Shown here: positions 57,988-64,000 of the stretch, piece after piece
Numbering within the stretch: the stretch's first letter is position 1
Layout: each line of letters opens with the position of its first letter
NCBI GenBank assembly: GCA_963664195.1
Contig: OY760907.1
Span: 576,001-640,000 of the forward strand
Direction: 5' to 3'
Origin: an uncultured candidate division Zixibacteria bacterium
Lineage (GTDB): Bacteria; Zixibacteria; MSB-5A5; GN15; FEB-12
Length of the DNA: 64,000 nt
Made by a program: the position numbers and the translations under genes
Notes under the pieces: generated by a model
What the model saw: only the letters and a program-made list of their open reading frames with translations
Told to the model about the DNA's origin: nothing
Databases searched by the model: none

Positions 57988-60900
57988 CTATATCTTCCCC
58001 AACACTCCGCGCAAATAGGCCATGCGGTCGTCTTGTTTGATTGCGCCAAGATCAAGATCAATCCTCGGTCTACCAATCAGTGAAAACTCCATGGGCTGAT
58101 CGGTCGCTTTGCGGAAAGCTTCGACCTCGCTACGGGTCAGTTTGCGCTCCTCGACAAAGAACATATTCACCCGTCCCTTGCGCACCTTCACTTTTTCTAT
58201 CTCCAACATAGCCGCGGAGATTTTCACTGCTGTCGCCTCAAACAGATTCGTCGCCGATACCGGCGGTCTTCCGAAACGGTCGATCACTTCTTCGCGAATC
58301 CCCTCTACCTCATCGAGATTGCGGCAATTCGCCAGACGTTTGTAGATATCCACCTTATGCTGCTTGTCGTTGACGTAGCTATCCGGCAGATGAAGTTCAA
58401 CATCGCCCTCGAGTTTCGTCTCAGGCAGCGCGAGAATCTCCTGTCCCTTGAGCTCGGCGACCGCCTCTTCGAGCAATCGGTTGTACATTTCAAAACCGAT
58501 CTCCTCGATATACCCTGACTGCCGCGATCCGAGAATCGTCCCGGCGCCGCGAATCTCCAGATCACGCATGGCTAGGGCAAAACCGCTTCCAAGATCGGAA
58601 TGCGCTTCGAGTGCCCTGAGACGCTTGACTGCATCGGCGCTCATCAGACGCGTCGGCGGCGTCATCAGGTAGGCATACGCACGCCGCGATGACCGCCCCA
58701 CGCGACCGCGAATCTGGTACAACTGGGCGAGACCAAAACGATCGGCACGATTAATGACAATCGTATTCGCGTTAGGGATATCAAGGCCGGACTCGATAAT
58801 CGACGTACACAGCAGAACGTTGAACCGCCCCGTCATGTAGCCGAGCATGATCCCCTCGAGCGATTTCTCGTGCATCTGCCCGTGGGCAATCCCGATCTGC
58901 GCCTGTGGAACGTGCTTCTTGAGATAACGGTACATGGCGTCGATCGTCTGCACCCGATTGTGCACGAAAAAGACCTGACCGCCGCGGTCGATCTCGCGAA
59001 GGACTGTCGTGGCGATCACGGCCGGATCGAACTCCACAATCTCTGTGATAATCGGCAGACGGTCTTTCGGCGAGGTGGTGATGACGCTCATGTCCCGTAC
59101 TCCGAGTAGAGACATTTGCAGAGTGCGTGGAATCGGCGTGGCGGTCATTGCCAGCGTGTCGACCGAGGCCTTGATCTTACGCAACTTCTCTTTGTGGCGA
59201 ACACCAAACCGGTGTTCCTCGTCGATCACGAGCAATCCCAGGTCCTTGAAAACGACGTCTTTGGACAAGAGGCGATGAGTGCCGATCACCAGATCGACCT
59301 TGCCCGCTTCCAGTTTCTGGATTGATTCAAACTGCTCGGTTCTCGTGCGGAAACGTGAGAGCAGCGCGATGTTGACCGGGAAGTCACGCAGCCGATCCTT
59401 GAAGGTCTCGTAATGCTGCTGCGCCAGAATCGTTGTCGGCACAAGAACGGCAACCTGCTTGCCGCCATCGATAGCTTTGAATGCAGCCCGGACCGCAACC
59501 TCGGTCTTGCCGAAACCGACATCGCCACAGACAAGACGATCCATCGGTTTTGATTCGGCCATGTCTTTCTTGACATCCTGAATCGCTTTGAGCTGATCCG
59601 GAGTTTCCTCAAACGGGAACGAGGCTTCAAGCTGCCTCACCCAGGTAGTGTCTTCACCAAAGGCGTACCCGGCCTCCGACTGGCGTTTTGCGTAGAGTTT
59701 CGTAAGCTCTTCGGCCATGTCGGTGATGGCCTTTTTGGTTTTTTTCTTGAGCTTCTCCCAGCCCGGTCCGCCGAGCTGAGTGAGTTGCGGATCGCCGTCT
59801 TTGCCGGAGTATTTCGACACCCGGTTGAATTCTTCAATCGGCACGAACAGCTTGTCGTTGTTGGCGTACAGCAGGTACAGGCAATCACGATTACGCTCGT
59901 CAACGGTGAGCGTTTCCAGCCCGAGATACTTGGCGATGCCATATTCGGTGTGCACCACAAAGTCCCCGCTGATGAGGCTGGTGTAGTCCGATATCGCAAC
60001 GCCTTCTTTAAACTTTTTCCTGCGAACGCGGCGGTGGTGGCGACTGAATATCTCGTGGTCAGTAAGAATCGCCAGACCGGCATCCTGGCAGACGAATCCA
60101 CCCGTGAGGTTGGCGACTTCAAGTTTCGGGTGGCGTCTGAGGTTGGATTTTTCAGCAATCAGCTCGCCGAGTCGGTCGGCTTGTCCGGCGTTGTCGGTGG
60201 CGATGAAATACGATATGCCCGTGTTGTCGAAATCTCGTATTTGATCAGCTAAGAGATCGAGCCGCGAGGCAAACGACGGGTGCTGGCCACAGCCAAAAGA
60301 AATGATCCCCTTGCGGCCGCCACGGAACGGCACGCGGTCGATACACGTGTGCGCCGCCAATCGATCAAACAGCTTGTCGCCGGACGAATAGTACTCGTCC
60401 GGGGCGGGAAGACTAGACAATCGACTCTTGAGTCTATCGCGGAGATTGGCAGCCTCGTCGAGAATGGCCTCGCTTTCGGCTCTGATCGAGCCGGACCCTT
60501 TGAGATATACCAGGCTTTCGTCTGAGAAGTAGTCCAGGAGCGAACCGCGATCCATCCCAAAAACGACCGACAGCCATTCCAGACCCGGAAGTTCCGGATC
60601 GTTCAGGTAGCGGGTCCGGATGTAGTCAGCGTCTTCCTCGGGAATGAACTTCAGGTACTCTTCGAGCGTGTCCTGCGTGATGGGGATTTCGCGACGAGGC
60701 AGCACCTGCACGTGATCCTGCCTTCCGATGGTCCGCTGGTTGGAGACATCGAACTGGCGGATAGTGTCTACCTCGCTGCCGAAAAACTCGACACGAACGG
60801 GGGCGTCGGAACCAGGCGTAAAGAAATCGATCAACCCTCCACGCTGGGCGAAATCGCCGACTTCTTCAACCAGCGGCACACGACGGAATCCCAATCGGAC

Positions 60901-61425
60901 CAACCGGTCAACAAGTTCCTCCGGCTCAATCTCGCTACCTGTTCGAATGTCAACAAAGCTCATTTCCAGTTGCTCAACCGAGATGGTCGGTTCCATCAGG
61001 GCGCGAATCGGACAAATCACGGCCTTAAGTGAGTGGTCGAGCAGTCCGGCCAGTGATGACAATCGCTTGCCCATAACCTCGCCGACGGGAGCGCGAAAGT
61101 CGTACGGCAGTATCTGGCGACCCGGAAAATGTCCGACTCGGTGATCGCCGAGGAGGAAGCGAAGATCATCGTACAGATCGTTGGCTTCCTCTGGCCGTTC
61201 GGTAACAATCAGCAGGGGCTGTTCGCGACTGTCGGCCAGCGCCTTGAGCGTGAAGCTTTCGGAGGAACCGACCAGACCGGTGATCGTAACCGGATCGGCC
61301 GGTCGTGACTGTATCGCTGCCCGAAGGTCCATAAACGGGCCATAGGTCCTCCAGATTTCGTCGGCACGGGACAACCGTCCGGGAAGATTCTGGCGATGCG
61401 TGCGGGTTTTGTCTGCGGCGCTCAC
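57988..61425 (-). CDS. mfd: Transcription-repair coupling factor
   Basis: RGGLIDFF, GDFVVH..YGIAKY, GDVGFGKT, DEEHRFG, TATPIPRT, QIRGRVGR, DLEIRGAG; GTG start after AAAGGA. Confidence 0.96.
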   Translation of the reverse strand: MSAADKTRTHRQNLPGRLSRADEIWRTYGPFMDLRAAIQSRPADPVTITGLVGSSESFTLKALADSREQPLLIVTERPEEANDLYDDLRFLLGDHRVGHFPGRQILPYDFRAPVGEVMGKRLSSLAGLLDHSLKAVICPIRALMEPTISVEQLEMSFVDIRTGSEIEPEELVDRLVRLGFRRVPLVEEVGDFAQRGGLIDFFTPGSDAPVRVEFFGSEVDTIRQFDVSNQRTIGRQDHVQVLPRREIPITQDTLEEYLKFIPEEDADYIRTRYLNDPELPGLEWLSVVFGMDRGSLLDYFSDESLVYLKGSGSIRAESEAILDEAANLRDRLKSRLSSLPAPDEYYSSGDKLFDRLAAHTCIDRVPFRGGRKGIISFGCGQHPSFASRLDLLADQIRDFDNTGISYFIATDNAGQADRLGELIAEKSNLRRHPKLEVANLTGGFVCQDAGLAILTDHEIFSRHHRRVRRKKFKEGVAISDYTSLISGDFVVHTEYGIAKYLGLETLTVDERNRDCLYLLYANNDKLFVPIEEFNRVSKYSGKDGDPQLTQLGGPGWEKLKKKTKKAITDMAEELTKLYAKRQSEAGYAFGEDTTWVRQLEASFPFEETPDQLKAIQDVKKDMAESKPMDRLVCGDVGFGKTEVAVRAAFKAIDGGKQVAVLVPTTILAQQHYETFKDRLRDFPVNIALLSRFRTRTEQFESIQKLEAGKVDLVIGTHRLLSKDVVFKDLGLLVIDEEHRFGVRHKEKLRKIKASVDTLAMTATPIPRTLQMSLLGVRDMSVITTSPKDRLPIITEIVEFDPAVIATTVLREIDRGGQVFFVHNRVQTIDAMYRYLKKHVPQAQIGIAHGQMHEKSLEGIMLGYMTGRFNVLLCTSIIESGLDIPNANTIVINRADRFGLAQLYQIRGRVGRSSRRAYAYLMTPPTRLMSADAVKRLRALEAHSDLGSGFALAMRDLEIRGAGTILGSRQSGYIEEIGFEMYNRLLEEAVAELKGQEILALPETKLEGDVELHLPDSYVNDKQHKVDIYKRLANCRNLDEVEGIREEVIDRFGRPPVSATNLFEATAVKISAAMLEIEKVKVRKGRVNMFFVEERKLTRSEVEAFRKATDQPMEFSLIGRPRIDLDLGAIKQDDRMAYLRGVLGKI

Positions 61426-61469
61426 GGCTAGTCCTTTCATCGGCGACTTACGGGCGCGGTCTGCCCCGG

Positions 61470-61558
61470 AAAACACAAAAGCCCCGGATCATTCCTGACC
61501 GGGGTATTGTCTGTCTTTTCAGTTGGGGGAATATACGTCAGGCCGAGCGAAAACTCAA
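61470..61558 (-). promoter_or_regulatory. mfd promoter and terminator-like leader hairpin
   Basis: TTGAGT-N17-TATATT (61558-61530); CCCCGGTCA-ggaa-TGATCCGGGG followed by CTTTTGTGTTTT. Confidence 0.55.
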
Positions 61559-61634
61559 TATCTTCCTAATACTGTAACCTCAGACGCTCTTCATCGTATA
61601 AGCCGTCAGTAGCCGCCACTCAGGAAAGGAGATT

Positions 61635-62141
61635 ATGCCGACCTCGCGCAATAATCAACCGGAACAGTCGTGCCCGAAAGCAAGCTCGGCGGATGTCGAT
61701 TCTATCGAATCAATTGTAGCTACTATTTATGATGTCATTTCGTTTGAGCCCGGCTCAGCGCCCGATTGGCCGCGTCTGCGGACGTTGTTCGTCGAAGGGG
61801 CGCGACTGATTCCCCCCAGACCGGCGGACGGGCGCAACCTTCCAGTTCTCGAGGTGGACGAATTCGTTGCCGGCTCGTCTGCAACTTTTTCAAGGGACGA
61901 GTTCGTCAATCACGGTTTCCACGAGAGGGAGATCAGCGCCAGGATTGAGCGCTTTGGAAACATCGCCCATGCCTTCAGCACCTACGAATCCACCTATGCC
62001 GACTGCAAAGTTCCGTTTGACCGTGGGATCAACAGCATCCAGCTGTGGTTCGACGGCAAGCGCTGGTGGGTAGTGAGTATCTTCTGGGATCGGGAGAGCG
62101 CGGGGTATGATTTGCCCGCGAAGTACCTCCCGGTTATATAG
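61635..62141 (+). CDS. NTF2-like hypothetical protein
   Basis: YDVIS, PDW.R...LF, F.ERE, FGNIAH.FSTY, RGINSIQL, WW..SI.WD; AAAGGAG SD. Confidence 0.7.
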   Translation: MPTSRNNQPEQSCPKASSADVDSIESIVATIYDVISFEPGSAPDWPRLRTLFVEGARLIPPRPADGRNLPVLEVDEFVAGSSATFSRDEFVNHGFHEREISARIERFGNIAHAFSTYESTYADCKVPFDRGINSIQLWFDGKRWWVVSIFWDRESAGYDLPAKYLPVI

Positions 62142-62227
62142 TCCAACTGCCAGAACAAGACAACGGTGTGAATAGCTGTGTCCGGGCGTGCTGAAGGAAG
62201 CGACATATAGCGGAGAAGCTGAGGAAC

Positions 62228-63079
62228 TTATCCGCCGATTTCCGCCATGAGGTCGCCACCGACTTCAATCTGGTCATACATGGCCTCGCGTTCCTCGTAG
62301 AGAACAACCAGAGTGACGCGACGGTTACGGGCATCGCCGGGAGATCCGACAATCATGGGGAAGCGGTCGGCGAATCCTCGCACTTCACGGACCTGTCCCT
62401 TGTACAGACCGGAGACATCCATAAGCTGGCGGGCGGCATTGGCCCTGTCGGACGATAGCTCCCAGTTGGAATACTCGCTGTTGTTGCTGCCGGAGTTGTC
62501 CGTGTGTCCCTCAATCACCAGGTGATTGCTCAACTTGCCGAGTTCACCGGCAATGGTGGCAAGAATCACCGCGCTTTTCTGAAGGAGTTTGTCCGACCCC
62601 TGTTCAAAGAAAGCGGGTGAATTCGCAGACTCGTTGAGTATGATTCGCAGCCCCTCCGAGGTGATCTGCATCTGGACATTTTTCTTGAGTTGTTGGAAGG
62701 CTCGCTGCTTTTCCAGCTCATTCATGATCTTCTTGGCGGTCAGTTTGAACGTAGCCTCTTCTTTTTCCTTGGATGACATCCCTTTTTCATTGTCGATCAT
62801 GCCCTTGGTTTTGCTCTCCATCTTGATAGGGGCATCGGAGCCTTTTAGCACGCCGGACCGTCCCATGCTGTTGTACTTGCCGGGATCTCGGAAATAGCCT
62901 GCCACGGACTCTTTGACCGAATCTTCCTGCCCGACCAGCCACATCACGAGAAAGAACGCCATCATGGCCGTCATAAAATCCGCAAATGCCACTTTCCAGG
63001 CACCGCCGTGGTGACCGCCGTGACCGCCCTTGATTTTCTTGACGATAATTGGTTGCTGTTCACCCTGATTCTCAGACAT
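62228..63079 (-). CDS. motB: Flagellar stator MotB
   Basis: GGAWKVAFADFMTAMMAFFL; OmpA-like EGHTD, NWELS..RA, NRRV. Confidence 0.95.
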   Translation of the reverse strand: MSENQGEQQPIIVKKIKGGHGGHHGGAWKVAFADFMTAMMAFFLVMWLVGQEDSVKESVAGYFRDPGKYNSMGRSGVLKGSDAPIKMESKTKGMIDNEKGMSSKEKEEATFKLTAKKIMNELEKQRAFQQLKKNVQMQITSEGLRIILNESANSPAFFEQGSDKLLQKSAVILATIAGELGKLSNHLVIEGHTDNSGSNNSEYSNWELSSDRANAARQLMDVSGLYKGQVREVRGFADRFPMIVGSPGDARNRRVTLVVLYEEREAMYDQIEVGGDLMAEIGG

Positions 63080-63082
63080 CGC

Positions 63083-63943
63083 TTATCTCTTTTTGGCTTC
63101 GTTACAGGCGTTTTCGAGATCCAGGAAACTCGGGCGTAGTTCGGCGTATAGAGAGCGCCGCGCAAACTCAACGGCAATCACACCGGCCACACCCTTGTGG
63201 AATGATAGCAGAGCGAGTTTCATACAACCGAGATACTGATGGTCCTGATCAACCTTGCCCTTGAGACTGGTTGCCAGCGGCGCAACAAAACCGTAACAGG
63301 CGAGAATCCCCATAAACGTTCCGACCAGCGCAGCGGCAACGTTGCGACCGATGATCTCCGGACCACCGTCGAGACTCCCCATCGTTATGACAATACCGAG
63401 CACCGCGGCAACAATACCCAAACCCGGCAGGGAATCGGCCACTGTGGTAAGTGCGGTCGAGGGCCGGGATTCGTCGGCGTGCGTGACGTCCAAATCGGCG
63501 TCCATAAGATCTTCGAGATCGTGGGGTTGCACCGACCCTGAAATGATGACACGCATCGTATCGGCGAAAAAGGCCACCGCATGGTGGTTCTTCAGGAATT
63601 TCGGATACCGCTGAATGATGTCTGATTCATCCGGATGTTCGACATGGTTTTCGAGTCCTACGAGACCATCTCGACGAGCGACATTGAAGATTTCGTACAT
63701 CATGACGAGCAGGTCCAGGTAGTCCTGCTTGCCGTAGCCTTTGCCGGTTAGCACTCCCATGATCTGTCCGATCAGAGCTTTGATTACCGAAACCGGTGTG
63801 GCGATAATCATAGCACCGAGCGCCGCGCCCCCAATGATCAATATCTCGTTTGGCTGGTTCAGCGCGAGAATCTCGCCGTGGTGCCAGACATACCCCCCGA
63901 GGACACCTCCCAGTACAATTATAGCTCCAACAAAAAACATCAT
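63083..63943 (-). CDS. motA: Flagellar stator MotA
   Basis: E..IIGGA, RRDGLVGLE, LPGLGIVAAVLG, ALVGTF.G, VEFARR. Confidence 0.95.
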   Translation of the reverse strand: MMFFVGAIIVLGGVLGGYVWHHGEILALNQPNEILIIGGAALGAMIIATPVSVIKALIGQIMGVLTGKGYGKQDYLDLLVMMYEIFNVARRDGLVGLENHVEHPDESDIIQRYPKFLKNHHAVAFFADTMRVIISGSVQPHDLEDLMDADLDVTHADESRPSTALTTVADSLPGLGIVAAVLGIVITMGSLDGGPEIIGRNVAAALVGTFMGILACYGFVAPLATSLKGKVDQDHQYLGCMKLALLSFHKGVAGVIAVEFARRSLYAELRPSFLDLENACNEAKKR

Positions 63944-64000
63944 GGCGGTACGTTTCTTTCCGTTTTGGCGTTCGTTTAGCCGGATATCCTTTTCACTATA

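Overview
This is a gene-dense, moderately GC-rich bacterial chromosome segment, mostly on the minus strand. It comes from a diderm (TolB-like and lipoprotein genes), probably flagellated organism; FCB/Zixibacteria-like affinity is only a guess. Housekeeping content: rpsR, rpsF, pth, glnA, secDF, an 11-subunit nuoABCDHIJKLMN complex I (no nuoEFG), ahpC, ridA, mfd and motAB. Transport genes: copA, Na/Pi cotransporter with phoU, and a Ca/cation antiporter. Signalling genes: OmpR-type two-component pair, sensor-less kinase with CheV, ECF sigma factor, HD-GYP. Also present are envelope DUF/TPR genes and one fused restriction-modification gene. No rRNA, tRNA, CRISPR array, integrase or transposase was recognised. 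The most striking observation is a ~147-aa signal-peptide ORF heading the secD-secF operon in place of yajC. It ends in a non-canonical motif (FTLVGARPSGTS-stop), and its last codons can pair with a downstream hairpin/U-tract. This is the architecture of a secretion-monitoring translation-arrest peptide, possibly with a new arrest motif. Other leads: a terminator-like leader before mfd, a PTS-EIIA-CBS fusion next to a cation antiporter, an unannotated 53-aa gene with a sigma28-like promoter, and readable Pho-box, Rex/CRP, sigma54, TetR-like and REP-like sites. All functional calls are by eye from motifs and context; no searches were run.
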